A DNA stretch of 64,000 bases from Phenylobacterium sp. (GCF_035309685.1 NZ_DATGEX010000007.1:14643-78642); one strand, 5' to 3'; positions 28,987 through 38,494 are shown, numbered from the stretch's first letter. Program-made: numbers and translations. Notes: generated by a model not told the origin, from the letters alone.

Positions 28987-31488
28987 ATGCTGGGTAACTA
29001 CGCCCTGTCGCTCTACCGCACGCTGAGCCGGCACAGGCTCTACGCCCTGCTGAACACCTTCGGCCTGGCGCTGGGCCTGGCGGTCTGCACGATCCTGTTC
29101 CTGGTGGTCCGCTTCGAGACCGGCTTCGACCACTGGGCGCCGCACCGGGACGCCATCTTCCGGGTCAACCAGATGTCCACCTGGCCCGGCCAGCCGCCGC
29201 ACCATTCCTCGCAGACGCCCTACCTTCTGCAGTCGCGCCTCCTGGCCGATTTCCCGCAGATCCGCGCCGCCGCCCGGGTGATGGACAACAGCTACGTGGT
29301 CCGCAACACGGCCCGCAACGGGGGCCAGCAGGCCTTCGAGCGGGTGATCTTCGCCGACCCGTCGGTCTGGGACATCTTCCCGTTCCCGTTCGTGGCGGGC
29401 GACCGGGCGAGCTCGCTCAACGACTCCACCGGCGCAGTCATCACCCAGGCCACCGCGCGCAAGTATTTCGGAACCGACCAGGCCGTGGGCCGACGCTTGA
29501 CCATCGTCATCGACGGCCAGCCCCGCGACTACCGCGTGAGCGGCGTGCTGCGCGACCTGCCGCCCGACAGCAACCTGGTGCTGGATATCGTGGTCCGGCT
29601 GGTCCCGGAGATCCTGACCGGCCGCAAGGACTTCATGCCCAGCTGGGGGTCCAACTGGATGGCTACCTTCGTGCGTCTGGGTTCGCCGGCGGACGCGGCC
29701 ACCATCGACCGCGAATTTCCGGCCTTCGTGGACCGCGAGGCGACCGATATGCAGAAGCCCGCCAGCCAGCATGTCCACTATAGACTGGCGCCGCTGGCGA
29801 AGCTGCACCTCACGGACTCGACCGTGGACGTTTTCAGGCCCGCCGTCGACGGCCTGTTCGTGACCGCCCTGGGCGTGATGGGCGCCGTCACCCTGCTGAT
29901 CGCGGTGGTCAACTATGTGAGCCTGGCCACGGCGCGGGCCGGGATGCGGGCGCGCGAGGTGGCGATCCGCAAGGTGATGGGTGCGACGCGCGGCATGCTG
30001 ATCGCCCAGTTCGTCGGCGAGTCGGTCGCCGTCGCCTTGGCGGCGGGACTGATCGGCGCCGCCCTGATCGAGATCGCCCTGCCGGCGGTGAGCGCGGTGC
30101 TCGGCGAGCCTATCCGCATGACCTATTTCGGCGCGCGGGGCATGCTCCTGCCCCTGCTTGGCCTGTGCCTCGTCGTCGGTCTGGCGGCGGGCGTCTATCC
30201 GGCGGTGGTGCTGGCGCGCTTCCGCGCCGCATCCGTCCTGGCCTCAGCCCGGGCTCCGGGCGGCGGACGGGCCGGCGCGCGGCTGCGCGAGGCCCTGGCG
30301 GTCGGGCAGTTCGCCATCGCTATCTGCCTGATGGTGTGCACGGCGGTGATCTTCGCCCAGATGCAGTATCTGCGCGGCGCCGAGGTCGGCTTCCGGCGCG
30401 ACGGCCTGCTGATCGTGCGCGGCCTGGGCGACCAGCAGGTGGCGCCGCAGATGCGCACCATCGTCGAGGCCTTCCGCCATACGCCGGGCGTGCTCTCGGT
30501 GACGGCCTCGGACCGCCACCCGGACCCGGAGTCCAACAGCAACACCAATGTGGAGCTGGTCGGGAAGCCGGAGATCAAGCCCTCGCTGCTGTACGAACGG
30601 ATCGGGTCCGACTACGCGCGGACCTATGGCCTCAAGCTGGTCGCGGGCCGGGTGCTGGACGAGAGCCATGGCGCCGACGACCGCGCGGGGGAGACCTACG
30701 ACCAGATCGCTGACGCCGGCCGTGGCATCAACACCATGATCAACGCGGGCGCCGCGCGCGAACTCGGATTCACCGATCCCGCCAAGGCGCTGGGCCAGCA
30801 GATCATCTTCAGTCGGAGCGACAAGGGCAATCGGGCGATCGCCACCATCGTCGGCGTGGTCGCCGACGTTCGCTTCGACTCGCCCCGCCTGCCGCCGCCG
30901 CCGCAGTTCTACCTCCTGAACAGCCGCCTGGGTCCGCCGAACGCACCGAGCGCCTGGTCCGCGGCGGTGCGGGTGCGTGACGGGACGCAGGCGGAGGTCC
31001 GCCAGCGGCTGGAGGCGGTCTGGCGCGGCCTCGCGCCCGGCGCGCCGTTCCAGGGCGAGACGGTGCAGGTGACCATGAAGCCGTTCTACGACAGCGACGC
31101 GCGGCGCGGGCAGCTGTTCGCCGCCGGCGCCGTGCTCTCGGCGGCGATCGCCTGCCTGGGCCTCTATGGGCTGGCCGCCTTCAACACCAGCCGGCGGGTC
31201 AAGGAGATCGGCATCCGCAAGACCCTGGGCGCCTCGACCGCCGACGTCCTGCGCCTGCTCATCGGCGAGTTCCTGCGTCCGGTCCTGTGGGCCAACCTGA
31301 TCGCCTGGCCGGTGGCGTACCTCGCCATGAGCTGGTGGCTGGCGGGCTTCAATGAGCGGATCGGGCTCAATCCCGTCTTCTTCCTGGTCCCGAGCCTGGC
31401 GGCGGTCCTGGTAGCGGTGCTGACCGTGGCCGAGCAGGCGATCCGGGTCAGCCGCGCTGAGCCCTCGCGCGCGCTGAGGTACGAGTAG
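28987..31488 (+). CDS. ABC transporter permease, paralogue of the preceding gene (833 aa)
   Basis: Collinear similarity to 26537-28942, for example RHRLYA..N..GLALG.AV and VKEIGIRKTLGASTADVLRLL. Confidence 0.85.
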   Translation: MLGNYALSLYRTLSRHRLYALLNTFGLALGLAVCTILFLVVRFETGFDHWAPHRDAIFRVNQMSTWPGQPPHHSSQTPYLLQSRLLADFPQIRAAARVMDNSYVVRNTARNGGQQAFERVIFADPSVWDIFPFPFVAGDRASSLNDSTGAVITQATARKYFGTDQAVGRRLTIVIDGQPRDYRVSGVLRDLPPDSNLVLDIVVRLVPEILTGRKDFMPSWGSNWMATFVRLGSPADAATIDREFPAFVDREATDMQKPASQHVHYRLAPLAKLHLTDSTVDVFRPAVDGLFVTALGVMGAVTLLIAVVNYVSLATARAGMRAREVAIRKVMGATRGMLIAQFVGESVAVALAAGLIGAALIEIALPAVSAVLGEPIRMTYFGARGMLLPLLGLCLVVGLAAGVYPAVVLARFRAASVLASARAPGGGRAGARLREALAVGQFAIAICLMVCTAVIFAQMQYLRGAEVGFRRDGLLIVRGLGDQQVAPQMRTIVEAFRHTPGVLSVTASDRHPDPESNSNTNVELVGKPEIKPSLLYERIGSDYARTYGLKLVAGRVLDESHGADDRAGETYDQIADAGRGINTMINAGAARELGFTDPAKALGQQIIFSRSDKGNRAIATIVGVVADVRFDSPRLPPPPQFYLLNSRLGPPNAPSAWSAAVRVRDGTQAEVRQRLEAVWRGLAPGAPFQGETVQVTMKPFYDSDARRGQLFAAGAVLSAAIACLGLYGLAAFNTSRRVKEIGIRKTLGASTADVLRLLIGEFLRPVLWANLIAWPVAYLAMSWWLAGFNERIGLNPVFFLVPSLAAVLVAVLTVAEQAIRVSRAEPSRALRYE

Positions 31489-31527
31489 GCTGAATCGAAA
31501 ATCGGCGGGATCGAGTGCTCTTGGCGT

Positions 31528-31647
31528 CCTCGCCCCCTTGCGGGGCGAGGGTAGGGAGTGGGGGTGTCATCGCCGTGCTTATGGGCCGAAGCGCAGTCCT
31601 CACAGCTTGCACCCCCACCCCTGACCCCTCCCCGCAAGGGGGAGGGG
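31528..31647. repeat. GC-rich nested palindromic intergenic element (REP/MITE-like)
   Basis: Hairpin 1 at 31528-31550 has stem CCTCGCCCC/GGGGCGAGG. Hairpin 2 at 31625-31647 has stem CCCCTCCCC/GGGGAGGGG. The flanks GTAGGGAGTGGGGGTG and CACCCCCACCCCTGAC are imperfect inverted complements, so the whole unit can fold back on itself. It lies 40 nt after the permease stop. Confidence 0.7.
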
Positions 31648-31772
31648 AGGCCGCTGGGCTGGCGCTCCCGCCGCGCGGCGGGCAAGCTCAGCTCAAAAGG
31701 GGAGCGCCGCATGGGAATCGCTGGATTTCGCCGGTGAGTGAGCCGGGGCCACGCGCCGCCTGGTGGCGGATC

Positions 31773-33050
31773 ATGGACCTGCGGCTGGGCATGGTGCCCG
31801 TGCCGGTCGCCATTGTCGGCGTGGCCGTCACCGCCGCCTTCGTCTGGCTGGGCGCGCCGCCGTCGGACATCCTGATGAACATCGTGGTGCTGGCGGTGGG
31901 CGGCTTCTTCTGCGCCGAGATCGGCAAGCGCACGCCCGGCCTGAAGAACCTGGGCCTGGCGGCGATCCTGGCGACCTTCCTGCCGTCGTACCTGGTCTAC
32001 GCCCACCTGCTGCCGGGGAGCCTGGTGAAGTCGATCACGGCGTTCACCGACAACTCCAACTTCCTCTACCTGTTCATCGCCGCGATCATCGTCGGCTCGA
32101 TCCTGGGCATGGACCGGCGCGTGCTGATCGCCGGGTTCGTGAAAATCTTCGTGCCGCTGGCCATCGGATCGGTCGTCGCCTGCGCCGTGGGCTGCGCGGT
32201 CGGGACGGCGCTGGGGCTGGGGCTGTCGCACACCTTCTTCAAGGTTGTGGCGCCGATCATGGCCGGCGGGGTCGGCGAGGGCGCGATTCCCCTGACCATC
32301 GGCTACGCCAATTTCTCGCACCAGCCGCAGGGCGAGCTGTTCGCGCAGGTGCTGCCGGCGGTGATGCTGGGGAGCCTGACGGCTATCCTGTTCGCGGGCG
32401 CGCTGAACGCCGTCGGCAAACGCTATCCGCACCTGACCGGCGAGGGGCGCCTGCAACCCGGCGAGCAGGACGACGAGCCCTTCGCCACGCCGGACGCTGA
32501 ACGCGCGCCGGTGACCCCGGCCGACGTCGGCGCGGCGCTGGTGATGGCGGTGACGCTCTATCTGGTCGGCGCGCTCGCCCAGAAGCTGTGGAACTGGCCC
32601 GGCCCGGTGGTGATGCTGGCGCTGGCGGTCCTGATGAAGTTTGGCCACGTGGCCTCGCCCAGGCTGGAGCGCGGCGCCTTCGCCAACTTCCAGTTCTTTT
32701 CCCAGGCGGTGACTTACCCGCTGCTGTTCGCCATCGGGGCCGCCAAGACGCCCTGGGAGAAGCTGATCGGCGCCTTCAACCTGCCGACGCTGACCACCAT
32801 CGTCGTCACCGTGGCGACGCTGATGGGGACGGGCTTCGTGGTCGCCCGGTTCGTCAGGCTCTATCCGATCGATGCGGCCATCGTGAACGCCTGCCATTCC
32901 GGGCAGGGCGGCACCGGCGATGTGGCGATCCTCACCGCCGGCAACCGCATGCAGCTGATGCCCTTCGCCCAGATCGCCACGCGGATCGGAGGCGCGATCA
33001 TGGTGACCTTGACTCTGGTCCTGTTCGCGCGCCTCGGCGCCGGCGGCTAG
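31773..33050 (+). CDS. 2-hydroxycarboxylate transporter family protein (CitS/CimH/MleP-like)
   Basis: Polytopic membrane protein with MAGGVGEGAIPL, characteristic of the 2-HCT family. ATG at 31773. The longer ORF start at 31515 would translate the palindromic repeat. Confidence 0.8.
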   Translation: MDLRLGMVPVPVAIVGVAVTAAFVWLGAPPSDILMNIVVLAVGGFFCAEIGKRTPGLKNLGLAAILATFLPSYLVYAHLLPGSLVKSITAFTDNSNFLYLFIAAIIVGSILGMDRRVLIAGFVKIFVPLAIGSVVACAVGCAVGTALGLGLSHTFFKVVAPIMAGGVGEGAIPLTIGYANFSHQPQGELFAQVLPAVMLGSLTAILFAGALNAVGKRYPHLTGEGRLQPGEQDDEPFATPDAERAPVTPADVGAALVMAVTLYLVGALAQKLWNWPGPVVMLALAVLMKFGHVASPRLERGAFANFQFFSQAVTYPLLFAIGAAKTPWEKLIGAFNLPTLTTIVVTVATLMGTGFVVARFVRLYPIDAAIVNACHSGQGGTGDVAILTAGNRMQLMPFAQIATRIGGAIMVTLTLVLFARLGAGG

Positions 33051-33499
33051 TTGGCGCCGCCGCCGTTCTTGGCGATGTAGGCGTCGAGCGCCTCGCGGGC
33101 CTCGCTCTTGCACCCAGGGGTGTCGGCGAGCTTCAGGATGTCGTCCAGGCTGTTGGCGTCAGGGCAGAGCGCGCCGCCGCGGCGGGCCCCGAAGGTGCGG
33201 CCGGCCGGCGGCGGGTCGATCAGCGACTTCAGGCTGTCGAACTTGGCGCCGTCGCTGGCGGCGAGCTTCGCGCCGGGGAGCGTGACGCCGGCCGCGCCGG
33301 CCTGCAGGGTGGTGATCTCGCCGGACGCGCGCATCACGGTCACGCTCTTGCCGGCCGCCACGGGCACGCGCATGCCGGCGTCCAGCGCCATGCCGCGCTT
33401 GATGCCCGGATCCGTTGAGTTGACGACGATGTAGTCGCTGGCGTTCGCCGCGCCGGCCACGCCGGCCGCGAGCAGAACGCCAAGAATGAAGCGACGCAT
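33047..33499 (-). CDS. small secreted protein of unknown function (150 aa)
   Basis: ATG at 33499 has an AAGAGG Shine-Dalgarno 7 nt upstream. Signal peptide MRRFILGVLLAAGVAGAANA. Two Cys near the C-terminus. GC3 bias. No family recognised with confidence. Confidence 0.6.
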   Translation of the reverse strand: MRRFILGVLLAAGVAGAANASDYIVVNSTDPGIKRGMALDAGMRVPVAAGKSVTVMRASGEITTLQAGAAGVTLPGAKLAASDGAKFDSLKSLIDPPPAGRTFGARRGGALCPDANSLDDILKLADTPGCKSEAREALDAYIAKNGGGAN

Positions 33500-33612
33500 A
33501 CGGAACCTCTTGTTCAACCACCGCGCGAAAGCGGTGAGGTTTGTTCTTCTCTAGTACCACAAAGGTACGTGCCGCGGTACCGTTTGGCCTCAAGCAAGGG
33601 TGAGGCCAATTG

Positions 33613-35376
33613 TCATTCTTTTAACGTTACCCTCGAAAATCTGACGAGGCCGTACTTGGCCAGCCACACGAGGCCGCGCTCCAGGAAAGGCCGTTCTTGT
33701 GGCGGAAATCCGCTCAGGATCGCGCCCACCGCGGCCGGGCGGTCGTGCGACAGCGCCGCGATCAGGGCTTCGGTCTGCGGCAAGGTGGGCAGCCGGCTCT
33801 CCGCGCCGCGCACCGAAGGCGCGGCCATGATCGCCGCCAGGTCGGCCGGCGCGAACGCCCGGGTCAGCTGCACCGTGTCGGTGTGGGCGAGCGTGTGGCT
33901 CGGATAGGCCGCGAACATGCGGAAGGGGTCCAGCGCCCAGGGGTTCTCCAGGCCGACGCCCGGCGCCTGCGCCGGCGCGGCCCTGCGCCGCCGCTCGAGC
34001 TCGCGCCACAGCGTCTGGTATTGCGGGATCACCGCCTTCCAGTCGAAAACCGAACGCGCGCGCGCCATGGCCGAGGCGCCCATGCGCGCCCGCCGCTCCG
34101 GGTCCTGGATCAGCGCCGCCAGCGCCTGGCCGGCCCGTTCGACATCGACCGCGGTGAACTGCGATTGGGCGATGAAATAGCGGTCGTAGCCGCCGATGCC
34201 GTGGGCGTAGCGGTAGGCGAGATCGGCGCCGAGGCCGGGCCGGGGCGTCGTCGTCCGGATCAGGAAGCCGTCCGTCCCGTGGCGCAGGCTGGCGCGATAG
34301 CCGTCCCAGTCGGAGACCACGCAGGGCAGGCCCGCGGCCATGGCTTCGGGGACCGTCAGGCCGAAGCTCTCCTGCACATTGTCCGAAAATGAGATGAAGG
34401 CGTCGGCCGCCGACCAGATCGGGCCGTGGGCGTCGGGCTGCGCCTCGCCGACGAAGCGCAGCTGCACGTCGGGGCAGAAGGCCTGGGCGGCCTCGCGGAA
34501 GGCCTGGTCGGCGTCCGGCGAGAAGGTGCCGCCGAACAGGATCCAATAGACCGGCTGGCGGGTGCGGCGGGCCGCCTCCTGCAGGGCCAGGCCCATGGGC
34601 GCGGGGTTCATCTTGGTGGCGATGTTGAAGCGGCCGAAATAGAGCGCGGCGAAGGCGTCCTGCGGCACGTCGAGCGCGTCGCGCCAGCGGCGCCGCGCCT
34701 CCGGGTCCGGCGTGAAATCCTGGGTGTGGACGCCCAGCGGGATGGTGACCAGCTGGGCGGCCGGCATGCGGGTGACGCCGAAGCGGTCGTGCAGGTACTC
34801 GGCGACCGCCGCCAGCTGGGTCTGCACGGCGCTCTGCACGGCGGGCGAGGTGCAGATGAGCGCGTCCCAGGTCTCCACCGGCCCGATCAACAGGCCGGCG
34901 ATCTCGGCCATGATGTGGTGCTCGGCGATGGTGTGGGTGACGCCGGTCAGGGAATAGCTGGCAGCGCCGGCCTCGCGGCGCGCCCAGGCCTCCTGCCGCA
35001 GCTCCGGCGTCGGGATGTGCACCGCGCCCGGCGCGGCGAGCGCGGCGCGGTCGGGCCCGATCCAGGTCAGGGGCTTGCCGGGCGGACCCAGCCGCTCGAG
35101 CAGCGGTGCGAATTCGGCCACGGGCCGGTCGCGGACGTTCCACAGATAGACCTGCTCGACGTCGGCGTGCTGCAGGAAGCCGCGCAGAAAGCCCTCGCCG
35201 GCCGACTGGCGGCCCAGCGGGCGCGCCAGGGCGGCGTCATAGGGCTCGCGATCGAAATAGATCGCGGCGTTGCCGGAACCGGCCGCAGCGGGGCGAGACG
35301 CGGCGATGCCGGGGCGTCCGCTAGGGCTGGCCGGCCGCCGCGGCGGCGGACGAGGTCGGCATGGCCCGCGCGCCAT
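33613..35376 (-). CDS. glycosyltransferase, GT-B fold (Glycos_transf_1 / GT4-like), cytoplasmic
   Basis: C-terminal half has FISFSDNVQESFGLTVPEAMAAGLPCVVSDWDGYRASLRHGTDGFL (the E-x7-E type region of GT4 enzymes). No signal peptide. The only canonical in-frame start is the ATG at 35376, which overlaps the CHAT gene end by 56 nt, so the start is uncertain. Confidence 0.75.
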   Translation of the reverse strand: MARGPCRPRPPPRRPASPSGRPGIAASRPAAAGSGNAAIYFDREPYDAALARPLGRQSAGEGFLRGFLQHADVEQVYLWNVRDRPVAEFAPLLERLGPPGKPLTWIGPDRAALAAPGAVHIPTPELRQEAWARREAGAASYSLTGVTHTIAEHHIMAEIAGLLIGPVETWDALICTSPAVQSAVQTQLAAVAEYLHDRFGVTRMPAAQLVTIPLGVHTQDFTPDPEARRRWRDALDVPQDAFAALYFGRFNIATKMNPAPMGLALQEAARRTRQPVYWILFGGTFSPDADQAFREAAQAFCPDVQLRFVGEAQPDAHGPIWSAADAFISFSDNVQESFGLTVPEAMAAGLPCVVSDWDGYRASLRHGTDGFLIRTTTPRPGLGADLAYRYAHGIGGYDRYFIAQSQFTAVDVERAGQALAALIQDPERRARMGASAMARARSVFDWKAVIPQYQTLWRELERRRRAAPAQAPGVGLENPWALDPFRMFAAYPSHTLAHTDTVQLTRAFAPADLAAIMAAPSVRGAESRLPTLPQTEALIAALSHDRPAAVGAILSGFPPQERPFLERGLVWLAKYGLVRFSRVTLKE

Positions 35377-38300
35377 CGCCCACGATGGTGAAGGGCGCCC
35401 AGAAGTAGGGGTGCGACCAGTCGGGGCTCTGCTGCAGGACGACCTGCGCCTTCTGCAGGGCCTCGGCCTCGCTGCCGCCCTGGGTGGAGAACAGGCCGGT
35501 CATCAGCCGCACCGTCGCCGCGGAGTCCACGGACCAGTGGCTGACCACCAGGGCCCGGCCGCCGGCGTAGATCACCGCCCGGGTCAGGCCGCCCAGCGCC
35601 TCGCCACCGCCCTGCAGGCCGGTGAGGTCGGCGGCGTCGGAGCCCGCGCCGCCGGTGTCGCAGGCCGAAAGCACCACCAGGTCGGCGTCGAGCTTGAGGT
35701 CGAGGATCTCGCTGGCGTCCAGCAGACCGTCGCTGTCGGCGCCCGCGCCCACCGAGGTGACCAGCGCCGGCTCCGGCAGGCAGGCCGAGGGCTGCGGCAG
35801 CAGGCCGTGGGTCGCGAAATACAGCACCTTGAAGTCGCCCAGGTCGCTGCGTGACTTGACCGCGTCGTCGGTGAACGCCTTGCCGATCAGGAGATCGTCG
35901 GGGCGGGTGTCGTGCAGGCTGGCGCTGACCTTGCGCACCTCGTCGGCGGTGTCGGGGAGTTCCGGCAGGCGCAGCAGGGCCTGGCGGGTGCCCTCGCAGA
36001 CGTTCGCGCCATTGCCGCCGGCGATCGTCCCCGAGCGCTTCAGCACCGAGGCGTAGGCGCGGGGCTCGGCCTTGGCGCTGGCCGGGTCGGCGAAGGCCAG
36101 GAAGGTCTGCTTGGCGCGGGACGGGCTGAAGGCGCGGGACTGCATGAAGCTCGCCGCCGACAGGACGAGCGAGCTGTCCAGCCGGGCGCCCAGCCAAGCC
36201 ACCTTGCGGTAGTCAGGCTCCTTGCCCTTGGCCAGGCCCGCCAGCAGCGGCGCCGGGTCGTCCATCACCAGGGTGGCGACCGGGAGCGAGATCAGCGCGC
36301 CGTCCGGCTCGTAGATCAGGTGCTTGGCGGCGGCGATCTCGCCGCGCACCGGCCCGGCCAGCTGTTGGAAGAGGGCGTAGGACTTGGCGATGTCGAACGC
36401 GGGCAGGTTGTCTTCCGCCTCGAAGGGCGCGCGGATGGCGCGCACCGCGGCGGCGGCCTGATTGCGCGACAGGGTCAGGGCATAGGATTTCGCGGCGGTC
36501 TTGGAGACCAGGATGCCGTAGCCGCGCGGGCCCAGCAGCACCAGCTTCAGATAGACCTCGTCGGGCCGCAGCGCCTTCTGCAGGTCGCCGATCGCGGCGG
36601 TGGAGGCGACCAGCTGGGCGTAGCGGGGATTGGCCGCCAGCAGCTGGGCTTCCAGGGTGTCGGATTGGGTCTGCAGGGTCTTCAGCTGGGCGTCGAGCGT
36701 GGTCTTGGCCTCGCCGGCATAGGCGCCCTGCGCCTGGGCGTTGGCGATCCTGGCCTCGGTGGCGCGAAGCTCGCGCTTGGTGTCGTCGAGCGCGCGCACC
36801 AGGCCGGTGATCGCGCCGTCGCCCGAGGCCACGCGCGCGGCCAGCTTGGAGACCGTCTGGGCGGTGGCGTTGGAGACCACGCTTTCGGCCGCCGAGAAGA
36901 AGCGGCCCTTATAGTCGTCGGCATGGCTCGGATCGGAGGCGATCTTGGCCAGCAGCAGGTCGAAGTAGGGCGCGGCGTCGTCGGCCGAGGCGCCAAGCGA
37001 GCCCCGCTGGCTCTGGAACAGGGAAAACGCCCGGCCGAAGCTCGCCAGCGCCGCGTCGTCGCGGCCGGCCAGCATCTGGGCGTGGCCAAGCTGCAGCAGG
37101 AGGCCGCCTTCGGTCGCCGTGCCGGCATGGCGGGCGCGCAGGATCTGGATCGAGGTGGTCAGGCGGTCGGCGGCCTGGCCGGGCTGGCCGGCGGCCAGAT
37201 CCAGGTCGGCGATATCGGCCTCCACGCGGCTGCGCAGCCAGACGTTGAGGGCGCCGTCGGCCTCGCTGGCGGTCAGGGTGCGGCCGGCCTGGGCCAGCGC
37301 CTCGCGCGCGCCGGCGTCGTCGCCCTGGGCGGCCAGGGACGAGCCGATGACCTCCCAGGCCTGGGCGTCCTGCACCAGGAACTGGTCGTTGATCGAGACC
37401 GCGCCGCCACCGCCCATCAGGTCCTGGCCGCCGGAGCGGGTGTTGAGCGCGTGCGACAGGTCGGACCCGATGGCCACGACGCCGCCGGTCGCCACGACGG
37501 TCGGGCCCTTGACGGTCAGGCCGCGGGCCGTGCGGACCTGTTCGCGGGCCTGCAGCGTCGCCCGCGCGGCCGTGACGGCTTCGGAGAACTTGCCTTCATT
37601 GCGCAGATGCAGGGCGTGGTAGCTCAGCGCCTGGGCGGCCAGCACCGGGTCGCCGGCCTGGGCGACCTGCGCATCGGCGGCGGCGAACTGGCGGTCGGCC
37701 TCGGCGAAGCGGCCATTGTTGGAAATGTTGAGCGCCAGGTTCAGCAGGGCCTCGCCCTGTTCGCGCGGCGAGGCGTTGCGCGCCTGGGCGTCGGTGGCCA
37801 GCGCCTGGAAGTCGGTCTCGGCCTCGTCGAAATGCCACTCGTTGTTCTGCACATAGGCGCGCGCCTTCAGGCGGGCCGGATCGGTGGCCGCGGCGGCCTG
37901 GGCGCGGGCGAGGCCGCCCGAGGCGCCCCCGAAGTCGGCGGCGATCTCGGCGCTGGCGGCGGAGACCTGCACCTCGGCGACCTTCGGCGGCCTGGCGGCG
38001 CCGGAGACCACCTTCAGCCCGGTCTCGAGCACGTCGGCGATCTGGCTGGCGCCCTCGGCGACGTAAAGGCCGCCGCCCTTCCTGGCGCCGTAGGTGAGGT
38101 AGGTGGCGTTGCTGGAGGCCGCATGGCAGGCGCGCCGGTCGACGGCGCCCAGGCCGGCGATCGTCTCCGGTTTCGCCGCCGCGCAGGTCGCCCGCGTCGC
38201 GAGCGCCTGGCTCCAGGCGCTCTGGGCGGCGGCGTTGGGCAGCACATAGATGCGGCCAAGGTTCACGTCCCAGCCCCGGCAATGGATGTTCCAGCCGCGC

Positions 38301-38494
38301 CGGCCCTGCGCCTGCACCACCGGGTCGTCGTAGTCGCGCACCGCCTCGCAGACCGCGCCTGAGGCGGCGCTGCGGCCAAGCGGGATCAGGTCGGCCCGGG
38401 TCTGGGCGTGGCCCGCGCCCGTGAAGCCCAGGAGCAGCATCGCGCCGCTTAGTGCGGCCCAAGTCCGGATGAGCGGGATCCGCGCGCCGGTCAT
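35321..38494 (-). CDS. signal-peptide-bearing TPR-repeat CHAT-domain protein (caspase-like Cys protease fold)
   Basis: Signal peptide LLLGFTGAGHAQ. A long Ala/Leu/Gln-rich TPR-like helical repeat region. C-terminal CHAT domain with VLYFATHGLL (His about residue 896), DLVVLSACDTGG (Cys about residue 945, codon at 35660-35662) and terminal PYFWAPFTIVGD. ATGA overlap with the TpsA stop. Confidence 0.85.
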   Translation of the reverse strand: MTGARIPLIRTWAALSGAMLLLGFTGAGHAQTRADLIPLGRSAASGAVCEAVRDYDDPVVQAQGRRGWNIHCRGWDVNLGRIYVLPNAAAQSAWSQALATRATCAAAKPETIAGLGAVDRRACHAASSNATYLTYGARKGGGLYVAEGASQIADVLETGLKVVSGAARPPKVAEVQVSAASAEIAADFGGASGGLARAQAAAATDPARLKARAYVQNNEWHFDEAETDFQALATDAQARNASPREQGEALLNLALNISNNGRFAEADRQFAAADAQVAQAGDPVLAAQALSYHALHLRNEGKFSEAVTAARATLQAREQVRTARGLTVKGPTVVATGGVVAIGSDLSHALNTRSGGQDLMGGGGAVSINDQFLVQDAQAWEVIGSSLAAQGDDAGAREALAQAGRTLTASEADGALNVWLRSRVEADIADLDLAAGQPGQAADRLTTSIQILRARHAGTATEGGLLLQLGHAQMLAGRDDAALASFGRAFSLFQSQRGSLGASADDAAPYFDLLLAKIASDPSHADDYKGRFFSAAESVVSNATAQTVSKLAARVASGDGAITGLVRALDDTKRELRATEARIANAQAQGAYAGEAKTTLDAQLKTLQTQSDTLEAQLLAANPRYAQLVASTAAIGDLQKALRPDEVYLKLVLLGPRGYGILVSKTAAKSYALTLSRNQAAAAVRAIRAPFEAEDNLPAFDIAKSYALFQQLAGPVRGEIAAAKHLIYEPDGALISLPVATLVMDDPAPLLAGLAKGKEPDYRKVAWLGARLDSSLVLSAASFMQSRAFSPSRAKQTFLAFADPASAKAEPRAYASVLKRSGTIAGGNGANVCEGTRQALLRLPELPDTADEVRKVSASLHDTRPDDLLIGKAFTDDAVKSRSDLGDFKVLYFATHGLLPQPSACLPEPALVTSVGAGADSDGLLDASEILDLKLDADLVVLSACDTGGAGSDAADLTGLQGGGEALGGLTRAVIYAGGRALVVSHWSVDSAATVRLMTGLFSTQGGSEAEALQKAQVVLQQSPDWSHPYFWAPFTIVGDGARAMPTSSAAAAAGQP

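Noticed and set aside
31515-31772. N-terminal 86-aa extension of the 2-HCT transporter ORF (MLLASSPPCGARVG...PTPDPSPQGGGE...).
   Set aside because: It is the translation of the palindromic repeat element and surrounding non-coding DNA. The family-conserved transporter sequence begins near the ATG at 31773.
35321-38494. TPR-CHAT as a type III-E CRISPR 'craspase' (Csx29) component or another cytoplasmic defence protease.
   Set aside because: There is no CRISPR array, gRAMP/Cas7-11, Csx30/31 or any cas gene in the window. The protein has an N-terminal Sec signal peptide and is operonic with secretion genes.
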